Origin: an archaeon
GTDB lineage: Archaea > EX4484-52 > WAPT01
Assembly: GCA_029258795.1 (NCBI GenBank)
Contig: JAPDKB010000007.1
Span: 96,001-160,000, forward strand
DNA: 64,000 bases
Direction of reading: 5' to 3'
Part shown: piece after piece, positions 25,828 through 35,645 of the stretch
How the letters are laid out: every line of letters begins with the position of its first letter
Numbering within the stretch: position 1 is the stretch's first letter
The notes under the pieces: model-generated
The model's input: the letters and a program-made list of their open reading frames with translations, nothing else
The model's database searches: none
Told to the model about the DNA's origin: nothing
Made by a program: the position numbers and the translations under genes

Positions 25828-26859
25828 TTAAGAAAAATCAGGACAAAGCCATAGATAAACTCCATCGTTGTTCGGATTGGAGCAAAGTCTTACATACCTC
25901 CACTTATAGGTTGCACGGATATAAGGAGGGCCGGATGGAGAAGAGGCACACCACACTTGACCTGTGTGTGGATTCACATGTATGTAACAAAATTCACATC
26001 CTTTCCCCCAATATAAACCACATGCAGCCGGATATTGCGACATATAACAGGGAGACCAACAAAATAGGTCGCCTATAGCCGCTACTCCTTTATCAACGTA
26101 ATGTTTGGGACATTGAGGAGGCGGCTCAGGGGGAGTGCTGCCATCGGACCCACCACAACAATCTCCTCTAATAGCTAAACAATTGGAATTATTTCCGCAG
26201 AACTGGGCATCCACATCTGCAAAATAACCACTAGTATCGACTATCCTATAGAACCTCCTATTTCCCATAAAAATTACACCCACATCCCTCTCTACATCTT
26301 GGGTATCATTATAGCTGAGAGGGGAGAAAACCACACCTCCTAAATCAGGGTACTTCTCTCCCCTCCAAAACATCATGTACCACTCAAACTCATGAACAGA
26401 ACACCAGTGATAACCTTTCGGCTCATCTGGTTTTAAGGATATTGAGGGTATAACCATTCCGCTTGGCAAAACTATTTCCTTTGGCGCTTTTCCGGAGAAG
26501 TTATACTTGTGTTTGCTTAGTATCGGCATCGGCATAAGTTTTGCTCCTGTAATTTGCTGCAGGGTCTGTAAGTTTACAGCATCCCCCGGATCAGAAGGAG
26601 CAGCCAGCCCAGTTATTTTATTTCCCTGAAGATCAAGCTCCTTGTTTATCTTTAACTGATCTGCCTCAAAACTTAACCATTCTGAGAGCTGATGGTACTG
26701 ATTGTTTATCAAGACATAGATATCAGTGATGAGATGAAAAGCAGGGCTTTGCTGAACAACTTCATCCAAAGTTAAAGCTTTAACAGACAAATTTAGAGTT
26801 AGCATACAGAATAATAAGATGATGACCATCCAAACATGTGAGGTTTTCATACCTAGCAT
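25828..26859 (-). CDS. Secreted/surface protein with tail-fibre-like repeat and Cys-rich C-terminus
   Basis: Signal peptide ending VKA; LDLQGNKITGLAAPSDPGDAVN fibre/adhesin-like motif; N-terminus shared with 58598-59941. Confidence 0.7.
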   Translation of the reverse strand: MLGMKTSHVWMVIILLFCMLTLNLSVKALTLDEVVQQSPAFHLITDIYVLINNQYHQLSEWLSFEADQLKINKELDLQGNKITGLAAPSDPGDAVNLQTLQQITGAKLMPMPILSKHKYNFSGKAPKEIVLPSGMVIPSISLKPDEPKGYHWCSVHEFEWYMMFWRGEKYPDLGGVVFSPLSYNDTQDVERDVGVIFMGNRRFYRIVDTSGYFADVDAQFCGNNSNCLAIRGDCCGGSDGSTPPEPPPQCPKHYVDKGVAAIGDLFCWSPCYMSQYPAACGLYWGKGCEFCYIHVNPHTGQVWCASSPSGPPYIRATYKWRYVRLCSNPNNDGVYLWLCPDFS

Positions 26860-26905
26860 TTTGTAAATCTATATTATTTAAATTTATTTTTTTGATTTTG
26901 GGTGT

Positions 26906-26937
26906 GGGAATGTCAACTTAACTCGCCCCTCGCCCAC
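26906..26937. mobile_element. Orphan end of a second IS6 copy
   Basis: GGGAATGTCAACTTAACTCGCCCCTCGCCCAC matches 25024-25055 (GGACATATCAACTTAACTCCCCCTTAGCCCAC) in direct orientation. Confidence 0.7.
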
Positions 26938-26987
26938 GACTTCTTCGGAAACCTTTGGTTTTCTCGACCCTTACATTCGTTCTGGGA

Positions 26988-27078
26988 GTTTAACAGGCAT
27001 TAAACGGCTCGGCTCTTGCAGAGCCTCGACCCAAACTTTGCCTATCGGCAAAGCTTCGTTTAATGTCAAATGTTAACA
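26988..27078 (+). other. Solitary integron attC-like recombination site
   Basis: GTTTAAC (RYYYAAC)...GTTAACA; GCATTAAACG/CGTTTAATGT stem enclosing hairpins GGCTC-TTGCA-GAGCC and CTTTGCC-TATC-GGCAAAG. Confidence 0.5.
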
Positions 27079-27129
27079 GAACCCACGCTTCCGAGCCCTT
27101 TTTAAAGCTATCCCGCATAATACAAATCC

Positions 27130-28899
27130 ATGCCCATAAGACAGCCAATAATCAGCGTGCTTGCTCACGTTGATCACGGAAAGACGACGCTGCTGGATTA
27201 CATCAGAGGTACTGCCGTAACTGCAAAGGAAGCCGGAGGTATAACCCAGCACATAGGAGCGAGCGAGGTGCCGGCCGAGATCATAAAGCAGAAGTGCATG
27301 CCATTCCTCAAGAAGTGGAACATCGAGATAAGGATTCCCGGCCTGCTCTTCATAGACACTCCGGGACATGAGGCCTTTACGCTTCTGAGGAAGAGAGGAG
27401 GTGCTTTAGCAGATATAGCGATTTTGCTTGTGGATGTGACTGAAGGTGTCAAGCCACAAACCGTCGAGTCCATCCAGATTCTGAAGCAGTATAAGACACC
27501 GTTTGTTGTGGCGGCCAACAAGATAGACAAGATTCCGGGATGGGTGGTGCACAGGGATGCCTGCTTTCTGGATTCTTTGGCGCATCAGCCGGAAAGGGTT
27601 AAGGCCATGCTTGAAACCAAGATTTACGAGCTGATCGGGCAGTTAGCTGAACACGGAGTTTATGCGGAGCGCTTTGATAGAATAGACGATTTCACAAAAA
27701 CGGTGGCTCTCATTCCCATCTCGGCAAAAACGGGCGAGGGCATTCCGGAACTCCTCGCGATAATAACGGGCTTGGTGCAGAAATATCTGGAGAAAAAGCT
27801 GGAAATAGATCCGGAGGGTACGGGCAAGGGCGTCATACTCGAGATAAAGGAGGTTACCGGCCTCGGGAAGGTGGCAGATGTCATTCTTTACGATGGAATG
27901 ATAAGGAAGGATGACATCCTTGTGATAGGTGGGCTGGAGGGCACGATAGTAACAAGGGTTAAGGGTCTTTTCAAGCCAGCTCCGCTGAAGGAGATGAGAG
28001 TTGAAAAAAGATTTGTCCAGATCAAAGAAGCTTCTGCCGCCTGTGGAGTTAGAGTTGTCGCTCCTGAAATAGAAAAAGCTGTGGCTGGCGCGCCCATTTT
28101 TGCTGTGAGAAGGGAGGAAGAAGTTGAGAGAGCGAAGCAGGAAGTCAGAATGGAGATAGAGAGCCTGGATATCAAGGAAGAGGGAGAGGGTGTGGTGATA
28201 AAAGCCGACACGCTGGGTAGCTTGGAGGCGCTGGCAAAAATGTTGAAGGAAAAGGACGTTCCGATCAGGAAGTTTGGAATAGGGACGGTTAGCAAGAAGG
28301 ACCTCGTGTGGCTGGAGGAGATGAAGGAAGAGTACAGGGTTGTTTTCGCTTTCAACGTGAGGGTGAGTGAGGAAGCGGAAGAGTATGCGAAGCAGGCCAA
28401 GATAAAGGTGATAGAAGGACGTGTCATTTACAAGCTAATTGAGGCCTATGAATCATATCTGGAAGAGCTGAAGGAAAGGAAGAAAGCTGAGGTGCTTGCG
28501 CGCGTTAAAATGCCGGCCAAGATAAGATTCCTGCCGGACTTCGTTTTCAGGCAGAGCAAGCCAGCGATAATAGGTGTGGAGGTGCTTGCTGGTACGCTCC
28601 AGCAGAAGGTCGATCTGATGGATGAGGAAGGCAAGATCGTCGGAACTGTTCACGCGATCCAGAAGATGGGGGAGAATGTGGGTAAAGCGGACATCGGAGA
28701 GAGGGTGGCTATTTCCGTTGATGGTGGTGTGGTGGATAGGAATTTGAAGAGAGGAGCCATATATTATACTGCGCTCTCCAACGAGGATTACAGGCTGCTG
28801 AAGGAGAATGAGGAGCTGCTTGCCGACCATCACAGGGTAGCGCTGGAAGAGATCGCGGAGATAATGAGGAAGAAGGATAAGTTCTGGGATGTGTTTTGA
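27130..28899 (+). CDS. infB: Translation initiation factor aIF5B (IF-2)
   Basis: RQPIISVLAHVDHGKTTLLD, GGITQHIGA, DTPGHEAF, KADTLGSLEAL. Confidence 0.98.
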   Translation: MPIRQPIISVLAHVDHGKTTLLDYIRGTAVTAKEAGGITQHIGASEVPAEIIKQKCMPFLKKWNIEIRIPGLLFIDTPGHEAFTLLRKRGGALADIAILLVDVTEGVKPQTVESIQILKQYKTPFVVAANKIDKIPGWVVHRDACFLDSLAHQPERVKAMLETKIYELIGQLAEHGVYAERFDRIDDFTKTVALIPISAKTGEGIPELLAIITGLVQKYLEKKLEIDPEGTGKGVILEIKEVTGLGKVADVILYDGMIRKDDILVIGGLEGTIVTRVKGLFKPAPLKEMRVEKRFVQIKEASAACGVRVVAPEIEKAVAGAPIFAVRREEEVERAKQEVRMEIESLDIKEEGEGVVIKADTLGSLEALAKMLKEKDVPIRKFGIGTVSKKDLVWLEEMKEEYRVVFAFNVRVSEEAEEYAKQAKIKVIEGRVIYKLIEAYESYLEELKERKKAEVLARVKMPAKIRFLPDFVFRQSKPAIIGVEVLAGTLQQKVDLMDEEGKIVGTVHAIQKMGENVGKADIGERVAISVDGGVVDRNLKRGAIYYTALSNEDYRLLKENEELLADHHRVALEEIAEIMRKKDKFWDVF

Positions 28900-28939
28900 G
28901 CTGAGCCATCAAAATAATGGAAAAGAAAGGAAAGGGTCT

Positions 28940-29758
28940 TTATTCTTCCACGAAGTACTTGAGCGCTTCAGCCACGCTGCTCACTTCCACCACCTGAATT
29001 CCAAGTTCTTCCTGCAGGTTCACCTTCTTCGGTATGAGCTCCGTCTCGCAGTAGGTAACGAAGCCAAACTTCTCGCAGTGTCTCTTCGGCTCGTACTGTA
29101 CCTGATAGCTCTGTCCGAGCGGCACGAGGAAAATCTTCATTCCGTGCTCCGCTGCCGCCTTGCCTTTCTCGAGCACTCCTCCAACCGGCCCTATGGTGCC
29201 GTCCGAGTTTATCGTGCCGGTGATTGTGACATCATTTCTCAGGGTTTTGTTCTCCAGCACCGCTATCGTGGCTATGGTTAAGGCTGCTCCTGCCGACGTG
29301 CCCTCAATCACCGTAGCATTAGCTTCTATTGTGTAAATGAGGTCAACGTTATCCAAGCTTGTGTTGAGGTAACGCTCCGCAACCCTTCTTGCCATCCTCA
29401 CGCTGTGCTGCGTGTCAGTCCAGAAAAGCAGGTTGTCGATGTTCACCAAGCTTCTTCCGCTTCCTGGACGTGCTTCCACAATCAGCTTTGCCAGCACTCC
29501 ATTTCCGTTGCTGTCCACAGCCGGGATGTAAAGTTCAACTCTTCTCGTTTCCTTGAGTGGCGCGACAGCACTCTTCTCTTGCTGCATCTCAGCGGGAGCG
29601 TGGTGTCCTATCGTCACAGTACCCGTCTGCCTGTTCACCGATATCTCTATGCTCGATGCCTTCAGCAGGTAGAAGAACATCACGCTCTGTGCCAGCACTG
29701 CCAGCACTACAATTACAAGCAAAACTTTGGTGAGAACATCGGAATTTTTCGCCTTCAT
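28940..29758 (-). CDS. Membrane-anchored S16 (Lon-C-like) serine protease
   Basis: N-terminal TM; EGTSAGAA (Ser), ITGTI...GPVGGVLEK (Lys). Confidence 0.88.
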   Translation of the reverse strand: MKAKNSDVLTKVLLVIVVLAVLAQSVMFFYLLKASSIEISVNRQTGTVTIGHHAPAEMQQEKSAVAPLKETRRVELYIPAVDSNGNGVLAKLIVEARPGSGRSLVNIDNLLFWTDTQHSVRMARRVAERYLNTSLDNVDLIYTIEANATVIEGTSAGAALTIATIAVLENKTLRNDVTITGTINSDGTIGPVGGVLEKGKAAAEHGMKIFLVPLGQSYQVQYEPKRHCEKFGFVTYCETELIPKKVNLQEELGIQVVEVSSVAEALKYFVEE

Positions 29759-29831
29759 GATTAACCTTTAATTCAGGAGTTAGATTTAAGTGGGTTGCGA
29801 TGTTGTCAAAATAGATAAATCCTCATGGTTA

Positions 29832-32800
29832 TTATCGACTGTGAACTCCAACAACCCTCCGAATCTCCTCGTAAAACTCCCGCAGCGCGTCCATGTAGTC
29901 CTTCCTTCCCATTTCTATTTCGTCCATCACGCTCTCCACTATCCTCGTTCTCTCCTCCGAGACAAAATCCCCGTAGTTCTCTCGCAAGAACCTCTCAACT
30001 ATCATGCCACGCTTGGTCGGGATCAGCCGGAAGTTCTTCTCGAAGATGTAATGCCTGATAAACAGCTTGTTGAGCAGGGTTGAGTAGGTGGACGGTCTGC
30101 CGATTCTTCTTTCCTTCATGAGGGAAATCACATCAGCCTGAGTGTAAAGCTCAGCCTTGTTCTTCCATACAAAGGTGAGTAGAGCTTTTTGCACCCCCAC
30201 TTCCATTTCCCTCTCCAGCTGCACCGCGTAAGGGTAAAGCTCGTAAGCCCTTCCGGAAGCGCTAACCACACGTTCCACCCCCTTCTCAAGCCCCAGTTCC
30301 TCAACCCTCACCCTGTACTTAACCTTCTCCACCTGATATCTGGCGCACTGGCTCGCCATAAACCTCCTGAAGATGAGGTCATAAACGCGCAAGTGCTTCT
30401 TGGTTATCGGCTCTGATGTCTGGATGACCCCCTGATAGATGAGGTCGCGGATGGTCCTCGCGTCAAACGGACGTGTGGGCCTGATACACTCGTGAGCTCC
30501 CTCTCCCTCCTTGCTCACATCCCATGTTCTTCCCGCAAAATCATCCTTCAGGTAGAGCTTTGCAACCTGCAGTCCCTTATCCGACACGCGGGTGCTGTCA
30601 GTCCTGTGGTAGGTTATGAGACCGTTCTCGAACAGCTGCTGAAGAATCTGCATTGCTTCTCTCGCTCCGATTTTCAGGAAGCGGTTGATGTCCTTGAGCA
30701 CGGCATCCGTGGAATAGGGCGGCAGAGGTGTTTTCTCCTCTTTGGCACGCGTGATTTCCTCAATCACGACTGTGCACGGCATTGACTTCCCTTCAAGTTT
30801 AAGCTTCACCTCTTCCTCCGTGCCCAGAGGTAGCCAGCCATCCTTCAGCTTCAGCAGGAAGTAACGCACCTTCTTCCTGTGCTCATGGTAACGCTCCACA
30901 ATCCAGCTGAGTACGGGCGTCTGTGCCCTTCCGGCTGAGAGGTTCCTGTCCTTGAAGTGCTTCTGCAGAATGGAAGAAAGCTCGAAACCTATCCACCTGT
31001 CCTCCACACGCCTGACTATCTGTGCCTTGACCCTGTTTTCATCAATGGCGCGAAGCTCCTCAAGTGCTTTCAGCACAGCGTTGCGTGTGACCTCATGGAA
31101 TTCGGCTCTTTTAACCTCAGCCCCGATACCTCCAAAATTCGCCACATCCCACGCTATCTTCTCTCCCTCGGTATCGGGGTCGGTGGCAACTATTATCATC
31201 CCTGCCATTTCCGCCATCTCTGCTATGTTCATTATTCTGGCTCTGGAATCGTCATCAGCTTCTCTCCCGCATCTCGGACATTTCTGGCCGGAGACCCACT
31301 GCACCATGTCCTGTCTGCACTTCTTTATCGAGCCGTAAACCGGGATGAAAGTGCCGTCCTTCACGATCACGCCATGATAATATTCATCCTCCACGAGATC
31401 AACCACATGGCCAAGAGAGGCTGTAATGATCAGCACGAAGTTGCCAGTGGTGACTTCATAAAACGGGTGGTTGTTCCTTATGATGGTTGCGGGCTTACCG
31501 AAGAATCTGGCTATCTGCTTTGCCTTGGTGGGGCTCTCCACAACGAAGACAGCAGGCCTTATGACATCAAAATCAACGCCTTCAGCATAACGCTTGTAGC
31601 GCTCCCTGCTCTCGTCCAGCTCCTTCTTTATTCTTTCAAATTCCAAGCTCTCGAGATTTTCAACGACCCGCAGCTCAACATCATAGTAAGAAGCTCTGGT
31701 GGTGAACGCACGAAGCATCTCCTCTCCATCGAAAATGATGCTCAAACCCTTCGTTATCCCTCCGGCAAACAGCCTTGATGTCCTTCCACTTGCCTGAATG
31801 TAGGTTGCGACATCCGGAATGATTATGTGATCCTCCTTCACCACCACGTCATCGGAGCATGCGGAGAAGTCCTTCCTTTCGAAGATGTCCTTCAGGATGG
31901 CTCTCGCCTCTTCCCGCTTGCTCTCATCCGCAAGGATGTATGGGATGAGCTGACCGAGCTGCTCGTTGTTCCTGAAGATGGCCGCAAGCATGAGAATCAT
32001 GCGCGGTGATGCTTCCTCCACATCCTTCAGCCCGATTTTGAAATGAGGCGCGGAGTAAAAAAGCGCGTACCTGACATGGTAAGGGTAATCCAGCCCTCTG
32101 ACCAGCAGGCCATAAGGAGAGGCTACCCCAACAAGCAGCTGCAGCTCTCCATCAAGAAAAGCTTTCAACCTCTCCTCAGCCTCCTTCTTGCTCACCTCGG
32201 CCGTCACATAAGAACACTTAACGCCGCTTTTCTCAAGAAATTCCGCGACTTTTTTTGCATCCTCTTCCGTCTTTGTGAAGATGAGCCCTCCCCTCCCGAG
32301 TATCCGCGCAGCCCTCAACATCAGCTGAAGCTTCTCCTCGCCACCTGCAGCAACAACACCGTAATCCTCCACGTTCCTCATGGTCTGCCTGCTCACTCCG
32401 ACTGAAAATCCGAGAAGCCTCGCAAAAAGCATGGCTTTCTTGCCGGGTTTGGCTGTTGCTGTCGAGACCATTATCTGGCCGTACTGCTTGGAGGGAGAGG
32501 GCTCACCTCTCCTTATTTCCTCCTCGCTGAAGCCGAGCAGGTGAAGCAACCTTTCCACATTCCTTGAAGCTTTCAGAATGGCATCCACGTCATCCACGAA
32601 GATGAAATCGAAGCGCAGATGCTTCATATCCTCGAAGTGCTTGGGCAGGAAAGCGCTGCTCGTTAAAAGCACGTCGAAATCCCCGGCCTTGAGCTTTTCC
32701 ATGAACTCCTCCTTCTCCGCTTTTTTCATTCCGGAAAGGTATGCCATAATGTTTACTTTCCCGTCCACCATCTCCACAAGCTTCTCATAGCTCTGCTTCA

Positions 32801-33158
32801 GAAGCAGCGTTGTTGGCACGATGATATAAACCTTCTTTTTCTTTTTTTCAGCCAGATAAGCGGCATAACTTATTCCAAAAAGCGTTTTGCCTATGCCTGT
32901 GGGAGCAACAGCGGCAAAGCTCATCCCGGCCTTCAGCTTTTTCGCCCAGTATCGCTGTATGGCCTTCAGCTTTTTGCCGGTTCTCTCTTTAAAATACCTC
33001 TCAAATTCCTTAAAACCCCTAACCTGAAGCGCTTTGACAAGCTTTTCCTTTCTTACGGAACACTTTCCTGCTGCAAGCTCCTGAGTGGTGATCATCCCTC
33101 CACACACCGGGCAGAGGCCTTTGTAAGCTGCATGAATTATCGTATTTTCCTTTTGCAT
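29832..33158 (-). CDS. rgy: Reverse gyrase
   Basis: CPVCGG, APTGIGKT, DDVD, QASGRTSR, VVESPTKA, ATDPDTEGE, SAGRAQ, ITYHRTDS (catalytic Tyr), GRPSTY; ATG 33158 fits the TATA spacing. Confidence 0.97.
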   Translation of the reverse strand: MQKENTIIHAAYKGLCPVCGGMITTQELAAGKCSVRKEKLVKALQVRGFKEFERYFKERTGKKLKAIQRYWAKKLKAGMSFAAVAPTGIGKTLFGISYAAYLAEKKKKKVYIIVPTTLLLKQSYEKLVEMVDGKVNIMAYLSGMKKAEKEEFMEKLKAGDFDVLLTSSAFLPKHFEDMKHLRFDFIFVDDVDAILKASRNVERLLHLLGFSEEEIRRGEPSPSKQYGQIMVSTATAKPGKKAMLFARLLGFSVGVSRQTMRNVEDYGVVAAGGEEKLQLMLRAARILGRGGLIFTKTEEDAKKVAEFLEKSGVKCSYVTAEVSKKEAEERLKAFLDGELQLLVGVASPYGLLVRGLDYPYHVRYALFYSAPHFKIGLKDVEEASPRMILMLAAIFRNNEQLGQLIPYILADESKREEARAILKDIFERKDFSACSDDVVVKEDHIIIPDVATYIQASGRTSRLFAGGITKGLSIIFDGEEMLRAFTTRASYYDVELRVVENLESLEFERIKKELDESRERYKRYAEGVDFDVIRPAVFVVESPTKAKQIARFFGKPATIIRNNHPFYEVTTGNFVLIITASLGHVVDLVEDEYYHGVIVKDGTFIPVYGSIKKCRQDMVQWVSGQKCPRCGREADDDSRARIMNIAEMAEMAGMIIVATDPDTEGEKIAWDVANFGGIGAEVKRAEFHEVTRNAVLKALEELRAIDENRVKAQIVRRVEDRWIGFELSSILQKHFKDRNLSAGRAQTPVLSWIVERYHEHRKKVRYFLLKLKDGWLPLGTEEEVKLKLEGKSMPCTVVIEEITRAKEEKTPLPPYSTDAVLKDINRFLKIGAREAMQILQQLFENGLITYHRTDSTRVSDKGLQVAKLYLKDDFAGRTWDVSKEGEGAHECIRPTRPFDARTIRDLIYQGVIQTSEPITKKHLRVYDLIFRRFMASQCARYQVEKVKYRVRVEELGLEKGVERVVSASGRAYELYPYAVQLEREMEVGVQKALLTFVWKNKAELYTQADVISLMKERRIGRPSTYSTLLNKLFIRHYIFEKNFRLIPTKRGMIVERFLRENYGDFVSEERTRIVESVMDEIEMGRKDYMDALREFYEEIRRVVGVHSR

Positions 33159-33311
33159 GAAGTATGTTTTTGGCAAGCGAAAAATATAAATGTGAAATAA
33201 GTGTTACTGAAACCCAGTGCTCAAAAGCTGGAAATGTTGTGGTATCGAGATATCAACAAACCGCAAAGTATATATACCCCTTTGGAATCTTATATCATTC
33301 ACCTTTCATTG

Positions 33312-33755
33312 ATGAAAATAATTGAGAGGGTAAGGATGAGTATGGAGAAAGAAAAAAGAGTTATGCTTTTCCTCATACTTCTGAACAGTCAGACGAATGA
33401 GAAATCCCTCAGAATAAAGCTTGAGGGCGCTGGTCTGAGATGTAAGAAGGAAAACGCAAAGCTCAGAGTTGTTGTGATAAGGGACGAGCTGGATGATAAT
33501 GTTCGACTTAACGAATTCGTGGTGGAAAAATTAGTAAGGTGGATAAGCTGGATGTACAGGATCGATGTGGAGCTCAAGTTCATCTCCTCCCCTGTACCGT
33601 TGCTTGCTGCAGCGAGAGAGGTCAATGGAGAGAAGTTTCGTGCTGTGTTCTGCTCTTTCGGAAAAAGCAAATTGTCCGCTCTCCTGCCAAGGGGTCTCAG
33701 AGCAGACCTTCCAGAACTTCTGAAAGAAAGGGACGCACATATAATACCGATGTAA
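33312..33755 (+). CDS. Hypothetical protein, USP-like (KdpD USP domain-like) fold
   Basis: Pattern LRVVVI...LLAAARE...VFCSFGKSKLSALL...ELLKERDAHIIPM resembles USP domains. Confidence 0.5.
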   Translation: MKIIERVRMSMEKEKRVMLFLILLNSQTNEKSLRIKLEGAGLRCKKENAKLRVVVIRDELDDNVRLNEFVVEKLVRWISWMYRIDVELKFISSPVPLLAAAREVNGEKFRAVFCSFGKSKLSALLPRGLRADLPELLKERDAHIIPM

Positions 33756-33772
33756 TGCTACCATCCTTACCC

Positions 33773-34522
33773 TCATGCAAGAAGAGCTATCAGTTTCTCT
33801 CCGAACCGCGAGATCAAGAATAAGTTGAAAGGAATGGAGGTTGCCATAAAGGTTATGGAGTGTATGCTGAAATGCCTTAAATAACCGAAGATTATCACGT
33901 TGTGGAATGTGTAAAGTAGGGTTGTTACGACTCCTACCTGCCATAGGGAGGCATGCGTGTGCAAAACCCACACCGCGATACTACTCCACAAATAACCGAG
34001 CACAGGCACAACCACATTCTCCACACCTTCCGTCTGTCGCAGAAACGATCCAATTATGGATGAGGTGCCGCCCACCACAAACCCCACTAACGGATGGATG
34101 ACATAACCAACCACTGTGGTGACAAAAAGGCAAAGATCAAGCCCCACCACAAAAGGAATCGGTTCCTGAATCAGCTTGGATACGGATGCAAGAAATATCA
34201 ATGCGAGCAGGAACGCCGCAATCCTGAATTCCTTCACGCTTATGAGAAGGACCGATATCACGCCTACAACTGTCAACCGCCACAGCACTTTTTTCTTTTT
34301 CTCATCAATTTTTCCAGATATCAAGGAACGAATGTCCAATGTCAAATCCACTTTTTTCATTCCTTCAGCATTCCTGACTAGGTGAGATGAAGAAGTTTCC
34401 TTTGCATCTTGCTCTTCTTTATCCTTGATTTTCTGCAGCTCCTTGTCATTAATCCCATTTTTTCGTGCTTCATTCCTTTTTTCAAGATTTGCGATTTTTT
34501 TGATGACTTTCAAGAACATCAT
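33773..34522 (-). CDS. Hypothetical membrane protein
   Basis: Charged N-terminus then about 6 hydrophobic segments; overlaps the cutA stop. Confidence 0.75.
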   Translation of the reverse strand: MMFLKVIKKIANLEKRNEARKNGINDKELQKIKDKEEQDAKETSSSHLVRNAEGMKKVDLTLDIRSLISGKIDEKKKKVLWRLTVVGVISVLLISVKEFRIAAFLLALIFLASVSKLIQEPIPFVVGLDLCLFVTTVVGYVIHPLVGFVVGGTSSIIGSFLRQTEGVENVVVPVLGYLWSSIAVWVLHTHASLWQVGVVTTLLYTFHNVIIFGYLRHFSIHSITFMATSIPFNLFLISRFGEKLIALLA

Positions 34523-34881
34523 CGATCCCCGCTCTCACCAAGCACAGAATTCATCCATTCTAAATAGTGCACACTTCCATCTATTATCGGTAGCACGAGA
34601 AATTCGGCAATCTCGTAATTATGATTTGCAAGCACCTCCTTTCTTACTTCATCCACCTTTTCTTTTTTCGTTTTTATCAGCAAAAGGAATTCACGTGCTT
34701 TCTCCACCTTTCCCTCCCACCAGAAGTAGCTGGTGGCCAGCGGGAGTATTGTTATGCATGCAGCAAGCTTTTTGGATAGGAGAGCGTCCTTTATTCTCAA
34801 TGCTACATCTTCATTATCCGTTGTGGTCATGCAAAGTAAATAGTCGGTGTAATGCTTCAGGAAGTGGTACTCCTCCTCCAT
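34519..34881 (-). CDS. cutA: Divalent-cation tolerance protein CutA
   Basis: KKLAAC, SYFWWEGKVE, LLIKT, HNYEIAE, YLEW. Confidence 0.93.
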   Translation of the reverse strand: MEEEYHFLKHYTDYLLCMTTTDNEDVALRIKDALLSKKLAACITILPLATSYFWWEGKVEKAREFLLLIKTKKEKVDEVRKEVLANHNYEIAEFLVLPIIDGSVHYLEWMNSVLGESGDR

Positions 34882-35091
34882 AATCTCCCACCACCGATAG
34901 GAAATCACCATGATTTTAAAATTTTTAAAGATTAGCCCCGAATGCTCGGGTGTGAAACGTCAAACCCTTAGTTATTTAAAAGTTTGCATTGAAAAGTTTA
35001 GTGAACCACCCAAATTTTTGTGTATTTTCAAATATATTTGGATTTGAGTTAAAAAAAGAATATAAAAAATGTTTAGGAGGTGGAATGAAGT

Positions 35092-35295
35092 ATGGCGGAA
35101 CTTTCAATAGCGGCAATGGAAAGGATACTGAAAAAAGCTGGAGCGGAGCGTGTTTCAAAGAGAGCGGCGGAATATCTCGCTGAAATACTGGAGGACATAG
35201 CGATGGACATCGCAAGACAGTCCATAGCGCTTGCGCACCACGCCGGAAGGAAGACAGTGAGGGTTGAGGACATAAAGCTGGCAACTCAGGGTTAA
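35092..35295 (+). CDS. Archaeal histone (HMf family)
   Basis: [22 protein letters not shown]...[15 protein letters not shown]; GGAGGTGG RBS. Confidence 0.96.
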   Translation: MAELSIAAMERILKKAGAERVSKRAAEYLAEILEDIAMDIARQSIALAHHAGRKTVRVEDIKLATQG

Positions 35296-35345
35296 ATTCA
35301 TAGAGAGATTTTGTTTCCCTTTCTTCTCTTTTTATTTGTTTCGAT

Positions 35346-35645
35346 TTACATGCCACGGGATAATATCAAGCTGTACAGGCCTTTCAAAAGGGCGAGCATC
35401 CCTGCGGTGTGAACGAAAGAATTCTCATAGGAAACGAAAGAGATCATGAAGGCTATGGCTGTAGCCATGTCTATTGCGCCCATCCAGTCCAGATAGTTGT
35501 TGTGAGACAAGCTGGAAAGGAGGGAGAAGAGTGCCTTGAGAAAGATGAAAAGCGTTAACACCACTCTCAATGGCAGCCATTCTATTTTGAAAATAAGCAC
35601 AAGTCCTGCAAGCACATCCAGCGAGCTGAGAAATGTGAGTATCAT
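35346..35645 (-). CDS. Small hypothetical membrane protein
   Basis: Four hydrophobic segments with an internal repeat (LD...LKAL.SL / ID...LKGL.SL). Confidence 0.7.
   Translation of the reverse strand: MILTFLSSLDVLAGLVLIFKIEWLPLRVVLTLFIFLKALFSLLSSLSHNNYLDWMGAIDMATAIAFMISFVSYENSFVHTAGMLALLKGLYSLILSRGM

Noticed and set aside
27130-33158. Inteins or split genes in aIF5B and reverse gyrase
   Set aside because: Both are normal length, with contiguous motifs and no intein splice signatures.
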